From Alkanindiges illinoisensis DSM 15370 (lineage in GTDB: Bacteria; Pseudomonadota; Gammaproteobacteria; Pseudomonadales; Moraxellaceae), in assembly GCF_000619845.1 (NCBI RefSeq), contig NZ_JHUX01000003.1:1720064-1752063 (forward strand): a stretch of DNA of 32,000 nt, in the 5' to 3' direction. How positions within the stretch are numbered: the first letter of the stretch is position 1; the number at the start of each line of letters is the position of its first letter. The translations under genes were made by a program, and so were the position numbers. A model generated the notes under the pieces. That model was given only the letters and a program-made list of their open reading frames with translations. It made no database searches and was not told the DNA's origin. Shown here in pieces: positions 1-8,379 of this stretch.

Positions 1-2016
1 TTTATCATTGGCAAAGTTTACGCTGGTGCCACCCGTACCTGCACCGACAGTAATTTCAGCAGTATTGCTGGCTTGCTGAACCAGACCAGCTTTACCTGAT
101 GTCAGGTCAGCAATGTCTGCGGTATTGGTAGTGGTGCGGCCATCGATGTTACCCAAGGCATCGCCTACATTGTTGTAAGTGGTTGTACTGCCATCATTGT
201 TGCCAGTGTCCAGTACATAATCTGGCGCGCTAACAGCACCTGTTGTCTTGTCATAAGCTGCACCACCGCCCAGATTGGTTGCAACGCTAACACCCAGAGC
301 ATCAGCGTTGCCTGCACCGGAAAGCGCATTATTCAACTGATCAAGGTTAACAGCATCTGTACCAGCAGTTGCTGCACCAACATTGGTTAAGCGATTGCCA
401 TTTAAGCTAGCGCCACCATTTAAGTTGGCAACACCTGTCGTGGTTAACGTACCACCGACGGTCGTAGCTCCAGTAACCGTTAAAGCACCACCGATGCTTG
501 CTGCACCAGTCGAAGTTACGGTAGTAAAGGTCGGGGTTGCTGAGGTGGCAACACTAATGGTATTACCAGTACGGGTAATATTGATGTTATTGCCATCAGC
601 AAAGGTAATTGTATCGTTTGCACCTACAGCAGTTGCAGTATCTTTATTGGCCTGAATTTTAAAGGTCTGATTTTGCAAAGTAGTAATGTTGCTGCTGTTT
701 GCCGTTGTGCGCGCATCAACATTGGAAATCGCCGCGCCTACATTACCTACTGTCGTACCGTCTACGCTGTAGCTAGGTGCAGTGATGCCACCAGTACTTG
801 CATCATACTTTGAACCACCGCCCAATGCTGCTGCGGTATCAACACCCTGTTGATTACTCAGATCATTCTGTTTTTGTAATTGCGCAACAGTAACGGCATC
901 ACTGGCTGCTGCACCATCAGCCAGATTGGTCAGGCGACGCTTTGTTGTTGTATTACCGAATGATACAGTACCCTGCGTTGTTGCAGCAGTATTGGTCAGG
1001 AAAGCTGAGCCGGTTTGTGCTGCGGCTACAGAATTCAGACCCAAGGCCGCACTGTTTATACCAGTTACCTGCGCATTTAAGCCCAGTGCAACCCCGCCTG
1101 CCACGTTAGTGTTGGCACCTTCACCAATAACTACCGCATTGGCAGCAGTTGCTGTTGCACCTGTACCAATGGCAACTGATTTTTCAGCAGTAGCCTGTGA
1201 AAAGGCACCAATTGAAAGCGCATTATTTGCAGTGGCCTGTGCACCACCACCAAATGCTATAGAATCCTGGGCAGTTGCTTTCGTTTGACCGGTAGTTTGA
1301 TAATTTGTTCCTGACTGTCCACTACCACTGCTGCCAGCATTTTCAATATCAGGTGAACCAATGGCAATTGCGCGGTAACCAGTTGCTGTTGCAGAATGAC
1401 CTACTGCCAGCGAACCTTTACCTGTGGCAGCAGATACGTTACCAATCGCTTGCGCATAATCAGCCGTTGCAGTGGACTGACGTCCAATCGCCAATGAGGT
1501 ATTACCAGTAGATGCAGCCGCAACACCAATGGCGACAGCCGCGGTATTGGTTGCTTTGGCATAAGTACCCAAGGCAGTGGCCAAGCCAGCAGCCTCAGCG
1601 CCAGTCCCAATGGCTGTACTGCCACCGGTATAACCATTATCAGTACTCCACTTGATATTGTTGGTATTGGCAGTAGTACTATTGTTATATGGATTTTGGC
1701 GATCCAGAATACCCGAATCACTACCGGCTGTGGTATTACAGCCAATTGCAACCGCATTACCGCCTGAGGCTGTTGCCTGCTTGGTTGCACCTGTGGTTCC
1801 TGTACAACTGGAAATTGCTGTGCCAGTACCAGTGCCACCACCCGTTCCAGTTTCAGCAAAAGCCTGCGGTGCAAAACCGAGTACTAAACTGGCCAAGCCA
1901 GTTGTCACAACGCCGGCTTTTTTTGAACGACTTTTTGTTTTGCTTTTTGCAGTTTCTGAAACAGCCACCCAAGCGCCTGTTGAAGCATTCCAGACAACTC
2001 TATAAATCTTATTCAT
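1..2016 (-). CDS. Trimeric autotransporter adhesin (YadA/Ata-like), N-terminal 672 codons; the gene continues past the window start
   Basis: Absent from the ORF track because it is open at the window edge. Hand translation of the minus strand from ATG 2016..2014 stays open for exactly 672 codons down to nt 1. The N-terminus MNKIYRVVWNASTGAWVAVSETAKSKTKSRSKKAGVVTTGLASLVLGFAPQAFA is the extended signal peptide region (ESPR) typical of type V autotransporters. It is followed by YadA-head-like repeats (ALGTYAKATNTAAVAIGVAAASTGNTSLAIGRQSTATADYAQAIGNVSAATGKGSLAVGHSATATG) and neck or stalk motifs (DAVTVAQLQ..., ALGGGSKYDASTGGITAPSYSV..., DAVNLDQLN..., NLGGGAAYDKTTGAVSAPDYVL...). Confidence 0.85.
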   Translation of the reverse strand, partial: MNKIYRVVWNASTGAWVAVSETAKSKTKSRSKKAGVVTTGLASLVLGFAPQAFAETGTGGGTGTGTAISSCTGTTGATKQATASGGNAVAIGCNTTAGSDSGILDRQNPYNNSTTANTNNIKWSTDNGYTGGSTAIGTGAEAAGLATALGTYAKATNTAAVAIGVAAASTGNTSLAIGRQSTATADYAQAIGNVSAATGKGSLAVGHSATATGYRAIAIGSPDIENAGSSGSGQSGTNYQTTGQTKATAQDSIAFGGGAQATANNALSIGAFSQATAEKSVAIGTGATATAANAVVIGEGANTNVAGGVALGLNAQVTGINSAALGLNSVAAAQTGSAFLTNTAATTQGTVSFGNTTTKRRLTNLADGAAASDAVTVAQLQKQNDLSNQQGVDTAAALGGGSKYDASTGGITAPSYSVDGTTVGNVGAAISNVDARTTANSSNITTLQNQTFKIQANKDTATAVGANDTITFADGNNINITRTGNTISVATSATPTFTTVTSTGAASIGGALTVTGATTVGGTLTTTGVANLNGGASLNGNRLTNVGAATAGTDAVNLDQLNNALSGAGNADALGVSVATNLGGGAAYDKTTGAVSAPDYVLDTGNNDGSTTTYNNVGDALGNIDGRTTTNTADIADLTSGKAGLVQQASNTAEITVGAGTGGTSVNFANDK

Positions 2017-2276
2017 ACTTGTACCCTTACAAATGGTTTGCATCTCTAATCGTGAAGAGAATGTAGGTGTAGCAAGGGCATTCTAATGAAAATATGTGCA
2101 AATTGAACATTTTTATTGGATAAATGTTAAATTCTCTGTATGCTTTTTGTACTTAATGATAATTATTCTTATCTTTAGCTGCACCATCGGGACATGCGAT
2201 GGCTCTTTCTTAGAGTAGCCTTAAAACCATGATTGAATTGCTGTGAAGTTATTATCATTAGATAATAACTTCTCTA

Positions 2277-3005
2277 TCACTCTGCCACAACGCTAAACCG
2301 ATAAATCATCGGTAAACATGAATTCAGATTACTTTGAGTGGCTTTATTTGAGTAGCTGCTTTCATAAGATAAGTACCACTGTGCAGTGTGCGTTGGTACA
2401 GCAAACTCATAGCGTGATACCTTGCATTCGGAAGGCTGATAAACAACTAAGCTTTCACCTGATGAGCACGTAAAATTGGCCTGAGCTGGCATTACATCAC
2501 CCTTAAAATCCAATAATTTAACTGGACTAGTACATGAGCTTACATGCTCAAATCTTGCTTCTGGCATTACATTGCACACAGACATGCGCACCGCCATATT
2601 GTTAGAATTTGTATTAGGCTGCGGTAAAACTGCCTTCTTCACATTTTCTTCCAGCAACTCACCTGTCTCAATACTCTCAAACTGAATCGAACGCTCAATA
2701 CCTTCACAACGCTGCTTTACTACCCCAGGATTAACAAATTTAAGTTTGGAAACAATAGGTGGTGGCGGAGGCGGCGCTGGTGCCGGAGCAACAGGTGGCG
2801 TTGGCTCAAGGGGTGGTTCATTCGGCGATGAAGGTTCAATAGGTGGCGATGGGTTTGGCACAGTTGGAATATCTATGGGAGGCTGCGGTTGAGGATAACC
2901 TGTACCAGAACCTCCCAGACTTACACCCGCAGTCGAATTCTCGTCGCCACAGCCCGATAAAAATAATACACTACAAACTAGGAAATAAAACTTTGTGGCC
3001 TGCAT
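2277..3005 (-). CDS. Proline-rich lipoprotein, unknown function
   Basis: The ORF track gives 2277..3017 with a TTG start. The ATG at 3005 gives MQATKFYFLVCSVLFLSGC, a signal peptide with a lipobox (LSG|C). Next comes a Pro-rich linker (PQPQPPIDIPTVPNPSPPIEPSSPNEPPLEPTPPVAPAPAPPPPPP), then a Cys-containing globular C-terminal domain. It lies directly upstream of the adhesin on the same strand. Confidence 0.6.
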   Translation of the reverse strand: MQATKFYFLVCSVLFLSGCGDENSTAGVSLGGSGTGYPQPQPPIDIPTVPNPSPPIEPSSPNEPPLEPTPPVAPAPAPPPPPPIVSKLKFVNPGVVKQRCEGIERSIQFESIETGELLEENVKKAVLPQPNTNSNNMAVRMSVCNVMPEARFEHVSSCTSPVKLLDFKGDVMPAQANFTCSSGESLVVYQPSECKVSRYEFAVPTHTAQWYLSYESSYSNKATQSNLNSCLPMIYRFSVVAE

Positions 3006-3187
3006 CACTTTTCCCAACTATACATTCGATTAATGTAAAATTAATGACAATTAATCAGCTACCTGAACAATCAGACCCAGCGCATTAATCAAACATCGCT
3101 TGTCTGGCTTGCCTTTTCTTCGGCCATTAAAAGCGGCATGCTTATAATGGAAGCAGTTTTTATCATAAATATGGAATCAATAACCGC

Positions 3188-4039
3188 TTATTCATCACTA
3201 TTATCATATTGAAAAATACCTAAGCGGAAATTAAGAACAGCATCCTGCTTACCTTCATCTTGCCTACAGTACTCAATGGCTTCTGCCAGAATCTGCCTGG
3301 ACATCTCATTCCATAATTTAATGCTGGTTTCTTTGAGCTGCTCAATTGATTTCAGGGTTAATTCATCTGCAAAAATCGCTTGCTCTAAAAACTTATTTTC
3401 CTTTTCGACCACATTATGAATCCCTGCTGCCAGATGATCAGTGATATTGGCCGCAAATAGCTGCTTTAACTCATCTTTTTCTGGAGACGGTGTAAAGCTA
3501 TTGGTCTGCAATATAACCCTGTCGTTTTCCTCTTTGACTATTCCGATGCGTTTTAGTTCCAGTAAAATTGAACGGGGATGCTTTTCTGTAGATACTTTTT
3601 TTACCAGACTTTCAAAACTCATCTCACGGCCAGACAAGGGAATACTTTCAGGTAAGCCATCATTGATCCATAAGCCAACCACCCTGGCAGGAACACTAAT
3701 CGCCCAGGCAGGCTCGGTAAAATGCTGAATGAGCTGGTGCACCTCATTATTATTATGTCGTAATGTGCTGACATCCCGTCTATTCAGTCCAGAAAGCAGG
3801 CTAATTGATGAATCTGTCTTTTTCTGGTTGAGTCTTTCAATTTCCCGAATAGCTTCATTATAAAAAACAGGTTTTAGCACTGCAGAGAACTCTGTATATC
3901 CTATCCCGGACTTAATCAACCAGCGTGCCAGCTCCTGCATGATGATCACGGCATGCTCTAAAGTGTTTTCTGCTTCATGTGATAACCCGTGTAATAGGCT
4001 ATCTTCTTTAACTAAAATGCTTTTCAATAGTTTTCTCAT
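3188..4039 (-). CDS. Hypothetical protein (283 aa), cytoplasmic, helical-looking; possible regulator
   Basis: Long clean ORF with an ATG start; the overlapping opposite-strand ORF (3441..3728) is far less protein-like. I cannot name a motif with confidence. Confidence 0.6.
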   Translation of the reverse strand: MRKLLKSILVKEDSLLHGLSHEAENTLEHAVIIMQELARWLIKSGIGYTEFSAVLKPVFYNEAIREIERLNQKKTDSSISLLSGLNRRDVSTLRHNNNEVHQLIQHFTEPAWAISVPARVVGLWINDGLPESIPLSGREMSFESLVKKVSTEKHPRSILLELKRIGIVKEENDRVILQTNSFTPSPEKDELKQLFAANITDHLAAGIHNVVEKENKFLEQAIFADELTLKSIEQLKETSIKLWNEMSRQILAEAIEYCRQDEGKQDAVLNFRLGIFQYDNSDE

Positions 4040-4605
4040 AAGCTGCTATGAAGATTAAATTAAGCTACAGAATAGACATGCTAAAAATTAGATCCATAAA
4101 CAATTAAATTGCTCAAAACAATAGCATAGTATAATTTTCACTCTGGGAACATGACATAAGACAACATAATTCCCAAAACCAAATTAACTTATATTTTACA
4201 ATGCAGTATAATAGTGTAGATAAAATACATTATAAACTCATTTGTAGGCCCAATCGTCTAAGTAATCCATAAAAATGGATACCAGTCTGAAATAAAAGCT
4301 ATCCTCTTATTTATTACAAACACGATCAAACTTATACATGGAAAGATAAGCTCAGTATTAACGATCCTATTTAATAGCCTAGCGTCGGCTCGGCACGTTA
4401 CTGACTGCTATAGTTCTGGTTTGCACGAACTGCATGAAACCCTTGCCTGTTTTAGTTAAGCTCTTTCACTACTTATTATAGCCCTGTACCTTAACAAGAA
4501 TTATTCATTCCCTTACTTGCATAAGCTGTTTTTTAAGCAACTCACACTGAGTAGCCAACCTCAGCATGATAAAAACAGGATGGATTTTAAAAAAGGTTAA
4601 GCTTC

Positions 4606-5469
4606 ATGCGTATTCACTACCTGAACAGTATTTCAACCTGTCCACTGGGCGGGGCACTCATGGATGGTTTTTCCTACGGGCATTTACGTGGTCGCTTAAC
4701 CTGTACCTGTGTATTAATAGAAACTGCCAACAGTCTGGTGCTGGTAGATACCGGCTTTGGTTTAAAGGATATTGCCTCTCCGCGCACCCGCCTTGGCTGG
4801 TTTTTTCGTTTTCTGGTTAAGCCTGAATTTCGGGAAGAAATGACAGCAATCCGGCAAATCGAACGGTTGGGCTATGATCCCCGTGATGTCAGGCACATTG
4901 TGTTATCCCATCTGGACTTTGATCATGCCGGGGGTCTTGATGACTTCCCACATGCCACGGTGCACATGATGCGAGATGAGCGTGACTATGCCCTTGCCCA
5001 AAAAACCTGGCTGGATCGACAGCGCTTCCGGCCACAGCAGTGGCACTATCAGAACAAATGGCGTGTTTATGATCAAGGGGTTGGCGAGAACTGGTATGGG
5101 TTTGAAACAGTCCGTGATTTAGAGGGCCTACCACCGGAAATCTTATTTGTACCTTTACGCGGCCATACCTTTGGCCATGCCGGGATTGCCATTCAATCCG
5201 AAGATAAATGGCTGCTCAATGCTGCCGATGCTTATTTTTATCACGATGAGATCAACCCGGTAAAACCCTGCTGTACCCCAGGCTTGCGCTTTTATCAAAC
5301 TATGCTGGAAAAAGACCGGCCAGCACGTCTGGGTAATCAGGATCGCTTGCGCCAGTTACGCGCCTCACACAGTCAGGAAATTGATATTTTTTGCTCACAC
5401 GATGTGCATGACTTTGAGCGTCTGGCCAAACGCCCAGCCATAGAACCTGCGTTTTTCTCAGCCGTTTAA
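4606..5469 (+). CDS. MBL-fold metallo-hydrolase
   Basis: Contains the metallo-beta-lactamase-fold zinc motif HxHxDH as VLSHLDFDHAGG, plus downstream His residues (RGHTFGHAG, CSHDVHD). Confidence 0.85.
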   Translation: MRIHYLNSISTCPLGGALMDGFSYGHLRGRLTCTCVLIETANSLVLVDTGFGLKDIASPRTRLGWFFRFLVKPEFREEMTAIRQIERLGYDPRDVRHIVLSHLDFDHAGGLDDFPHATVHMMRDERDYALAQKTWLDRQRFRPQQWHYQNKWRVYDQGVGENWYGFETVRDLEGLPPEILFVPLRGHTFGHAGIAIQSEDKWLLNAADAYFYHDEINPVKPCCTPGLRFYQTMLEKDRPARLGNQDRLRQLRASHSQEIDIFCSHDVHDFERLAKRPAIEPAFFSAV

Positions 5470-5548
5470 TTGATAATGGCAAGCTACGGGTGATTAAGTT
5501 TGAGTCGTTCGGGCCTGATAGTCGTTTCGCTGTAAAGAGGTAATCATA

Positions 5549-5788
5549 ATGACATTGGAAAGCAAAAATGCTTCGGCAACCACCATGCAAACAACTCAGC
5601 ACCCAGAACATTCGCATATTTTTAGTACGGTGATTAGCGGCGAATTAATTTATATCAATTGTGATCTGGTGCCAAAGTCCGGTGATCAGGTTTTAGTACT
5701 GGAAATCAATGGAGCCAGTTTAGTGGAAGATTATGATGGACAGCCCCTAGCGCGAATCTATGGCGTGGTAGTGGCAAAGCCTAGCTAA
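5549..5788 (+). CDS. Small hypothetical protein (79 aa)
   Basis: Strong SD (AAAGAGG) 7 nt upstream of the ATG, 79 nt downstream of the MBL gene. The C-terminal half (VPKSGDQVLVLEINGASLVEDYDGQPLARIYGVVVA) is faintly reminiscent of S24/LexA-type beta strands, but that is unverified. Confidence 0.45.
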   Translation: MTLESKNASATTMQTTQHPEHSHIFSTVISGELIYINCDLVPKSGDQVLVLEINGASLVEDYDGQPLARIYGVVVAKPS

Positions 5789-5881
5789 GATAAGTTCATT
5801 GGAAGACTTAAGTATCTTGCATAGGGTTCATTACTTTAATTAAAACTATTGAGCCTCCATTAGGTGTTTAGGCATTGATTT

Positions 5882-5940
5882 AAAAGTAAGAAAAGTAAGA
5901 AAAGTAAGAAAAGTAAGAAAAGTAAGAAAAGTAAGAAAAA
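5882..5940. repeat. 9-bp perfect tandem repeat (AAAAGTAAG) x6 plus a partial copy
   Basis: Read directly: six exact copies of aaaagtaag at 5882-5935, followed by aaaaa. It sits in a convergent intergenic region. Confidence 0.95.
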
Positions 5941-5979
5941 ATAGTAACCGCTGCTGAGCTGGCCTAATCAATTATTGGT

Positions 5980-6024
5980 TTGATCAATTGTTATTTTGAT
6001 CAATTGTTGGTTTGTTCAATTGCT
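5980..6024. repeat. Three direct repeats of TTGATCAATTGTT phased every 16 bp (third copy degenerate: TTGTTCAATTGCT)
   Basis: Copies at 5980-5992, 5996-6008 and 6012-6024. Each carries overlapping palindromes TTGATCAA and CAATTG, including a GATC site. Confidence 0.75.
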
Positions 6025-6108
6025 AGTATGATCCATTATGGACACTCACCTTATTTAATAAGGCGGTGCGTTCCAAATCAAGTATTGCCAGCTCAGCCAT
6101 TCGCATTT

Positions 6109-6408
6109 CTAAGGCAAATGGCGGCCAACCGGGCTGGGCTGAACCTTATCTTCACTTTCCGCTGGTTGCTGGTTAGGCTGCTGACTGAGCACAGGTGTAA
6201 TCGGAATAATGTCCTGTTCTTGCTCTAATGGCTGTGCGTCCTCCTCTGGTGCATCGTCTAGCGCGCGTGGCGCTTCTATTTCCTCAATATGGGCGGGCTT
6301 TTCCTCAGGTTGTACTGGAATTTCATTTTGCTGTTGTTGCTGTTGCTGGTGAAGCAATGCCTGCTTGCGCAGTAAGTCATCATCTTTGTTCATGTTGGAC
6401 TCATCCAT
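6109..6408 (-). CDS. Acidic, Q/E/P-rich low-complexity protein (about 94-99 aa), hypothetical
   Basis: ORF with a poly-Q run (HQQQQQQQNE) and an acidic tail. An alternative ATG at 6393 is preceded by GGATGAG. The overlapping plus-strand ORFs look less plausible. Low-complexity content limits confidence. Confidence 0.4.
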   Translation of the reverse strand: MDESNMNKDDDLLRKQALLHQQQQQQQNEIPVQPEEKPAHIEEIEAPRALDDAPEEDAQPLEQEQDIIPITPVLSQQPNQQPAESEDKVQPSPVGRHLP

Positions 6409-6449
6409 TGATTGTAAATTAAGGGAAATGCGAGCTGTAAGTTAAAAAC

Positions 6450-6755
6450 TTAATCAGTAGTAGACTTAGCCTGCGTGGGAACAGGTGTAAGGATTCCCAG
6501 GGATTTTTCTGGTGTGGGGAGGTCTTGTAGTCTTTGTTGCAGGGAAGGCTGATTCCGGGTTAAACACTCCTGCTTGCCACTAGTGAGTCTGGACGCGCAC
6601 CTTGTGCCCAGCTTGCCCTGTTTGACGCAATTGGCAATTACTATATCGCTGAATAAATGGCAGTGTTTCTCCGGAGCTAATGGCGACCCATTTGCTGTCA
6701 GGGGGAAAAATACAATAATGCTGATTATTAAAAATAAGCGGACTTTAGTAGGCAT
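6450..6755 (-). CDS. Small secreted protein (101 aa) with four cysteines
   Basis: N-terminal signal peptide MPTKVRLFLIISIIVFFPLTANG. GGGAG SD about 10 nt upstream of the ATG. Four Cys in the mature part and a Pro/Thr-rich tail. Confidence 0.55.
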   Translation of the reverse strand: MPTKVRLFLIISIIVFFPLTANGSPLAPEKHCHLFSDIVIANCVKQGKLGTRCASRLTSGKQECLTRNQPSLQQRLQDLPTPEKSLGILTPVPTQAKSTTD

Positions 6756-6880
6756 GCTCTAGCACTCCCTATAATGATTATTATGGGAAACATGAGTGCT
6801 AGATAGAGATTGGAAGCATAACCACCTGTCAGGATGGCTATGCTACAAAAAAGAATAAAGTACTGATGTTAAATGAGTAA

Positions 6881-7357
6881 TTAACGGTTTTGCTTGCTGG
6901 TGAACTGGCCATCCTCGTCGCGAGGCTGGTTGGCATTATTGCCCCCACGGCCACCTTGCTGGTTACCACTATTACTATTACTATTGCTCTGGCTTTGCTG
7001 GTTACTACCGCCCTGGCCGCCCTGCTGGCCACCACTGCTATTGCTTTGGGTTTGCTGACCACCCTGGTTGCCATCATTTTTATGGCTCTGGCTGCCGGCT
7101 TCACGGGCTTCTTCAGCGCTAAACTCATGGGCATTGCCACTGGCATGAGCTGCACGTCCGCCTTCGCTGGCTATTTCACGCTGACGATCTGGGTCCATAC
7201 TGGCAAAGCCGCGGTTGGAGGTATCACCGTTACTACCAGATTGTTGCTGACCTTGACCGCCTTGCTGCTGATGCTGATTGCCCTGGCGGTTGTCATCATT
7301 TTTACTATTCTGGTTGCTACCACGATTATTACCTTGATTATTGGATTGATTAGCCAC
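6881..7357 (-). CDS. KGG-repeat general stress protein (YciG/GsiB-like), Q/N/G-rich hydrophilin-like
   Basis: The core GFASMDPDRQREIASEGGRAAHASGNAHEFSAEEAREAGSQSH matches the stress-induced KGG repeat pattern (GFAxMDxxxxREIAxKGGxxxH ... EFxxEEAREAGxKGG). It is flanked by long N/Q/G/S-rich disordered segments. Confidence 0.8.
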   Translation of the reverse strand: MANQSNNQGNNRGSNQNSKNDDNRQGNQHQQQGGQGQQQSGSNGDTSNRGFASMDPDRQREIASEGGRAAHASGNAHEFSAEEAREAGSQSHKNDGNQGGQQTQSNSSGGQQGGQGGSNQQSQSNSNSNSGNQQGGRGGNNANQPRDEDGQFTSKQNR

Positions 7358-7730
7358 ATTACACCTACCTTAGTTTGTTTAAGTTTTTAACCAGCTACTC
7401 TGGTCTTTCCAAGGTACGCTCCTTGCCCACTTACACTGTTGTTCAAATAAGACCTTATACCTGTTTTGGCAATGTCTGGGTAAAGAAGGTAAGCAGGCTT
7501 ATCTTGTTACAATCTAAATAGGCAGAAGGTTTAGTTAGTTAAGCTGTTTTATCACAGGGCAATAATTTGCGCTGCCTTACATTAAATACAAATACGGCCC
7601 AAAGCATTACACGAAGGCACTAAGAAAGTTTGAAAAATCCCTCAAACCTGGCTTCTGCTTTTACGTTGTTCTAGCTATTTGTGCTGGTTATTTATATTGG
7701 CTATTTGCAGGATTCATTACTATTAAACCC

Positions 7731-7763
7731 ACAAAACGGGTATCTCTATAAATCAAGATACCC
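7731..7763 (-). terminator. Rho-independent terminator after the BLUF-like gene
   Basis: 8-bp perfect stem gggtatct (7738-7745) / agataccc (7756-7763) with a 10-nt loop. On the minus strand it is followed by GTTTTGTGGGTTT. It starts 8 nt after the stop codon. Confidence 0.55.
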
Positions 7764-7770
7764 TGTTAAT

Positions 7771-8379
7771 TTAAGACATGGGTTTTACACTCTGGCCATT
7801 AAAGACGCCACAATGATAAAAGATGAAGCAAAGCAGGAAGAGCAGCACAATAAATGCAATAAACGCCAAGGCATGATAATAGGTTTCCAGCTGTTGTTTT
7901 GCGCTGGCCTCTTTATCCTGACTCTGTCTATCGAAATGCTGAAGATGATTGCCGGGTATCATTTTCCCATACTCTCTAAGCAAGGCATGACACTCATCAA
8001 GTAAAGCGCCTTCCAGGCGATAAGGGTTAAACTCTGAAAGCTGATATTTTAAAAACAGTTGTTTTAACCGTTCTTCTTTTAAAAAATATTTAACCTCCCA
8101 ATGGCTAAACCAGCGCTCATCAATAAGCTCGCGTTTTAATAATTTAACTTCCTTAAAAAAAGATCCCTGGATTGCATCTTCATAAATCTTGTCAATACAG
8201 GAAGCCGGCGCCTCAATGCAGTGAAAGAAATAATCATTGCCATATATTAATATTCCCGCCATTTCTCCACTGGCGGTATGTTTCTCAGCATCTTTTGTAA
8301 GGGTAATCAAATGCTCTCTGATCATGGAAGGTAAAGCTGTGGAGGTGCTCGCATACGATAGTCTCGTATAATGCGGCAT
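7771..8379 (-). CDS. BLUF-like domain protein with a C-terminal transmembrane anchor (degenerate flavin-site residues)
   Basis: The ORF track extends to a TTG at 8478. The ATG at 8379 has an AAGGA SD 5 nt upstream and gives MPHYTRLSYAS..., matching how short BLUF proteins begin. BLUF-like blocks: RLSYAS, GILIYGNDYFFHCIEA, IDERWFSHWEVKY (compare my recollection of BlsA: RLCYAS, GVLYYADNAFFQCLEG, FQRWSMKY). The C-terminus YYHALAFIAFIVLLFLLCFIFYH is a TM helix. Confidence 0.55.
   Translation of the reverse strand: MPHYTRLSYASTSTALPSMIREHLITLTKDAEKHTASGEMAGILIYGNDYFFHCIEAPASCIDKIYEDAIQGSFFKEVKLLKRELIDERWFSHWEVKYFLKEERLKQLFLKYQLSEFNPYRLEGALLDECHALLREYGKMIPGNHLQHFDRQSQDKEASAKQQLETYYHALAFIAFIVLLFLLCFIFYHCGVFNGQSVKPMS

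Noticed and set aside
383-2066. Several plus-strand and off-frame ORFs in the track (383..655, 926..1288, 1305..1511, 1401..1874, 1652..2005, 1689..2066)
   Set aside because: They overlap the continuous 672-codon minus-strand adhesin frame, which has an ESPR and YadA-like repeats. Their translations are low-complexity artefacts of repetitive Ala/Gly/Thr codons.
5882-5940. CRISPR array
   Set aside because: These are contiguous 9-bp tandem repeats with no spacers, and no cas genes are present.
6890-7390. 166-aa hydrophobic plus-strand ORF (and 6838..7155, 7171..7359)
   Set aside because: It is antisense to the KGG stress gene. The complement of Q/N/G-rich codons automatically yields L/V/A/T-rich pseudo-membrane sequence. 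The minus-strand product carries a recognisable KGG motif.
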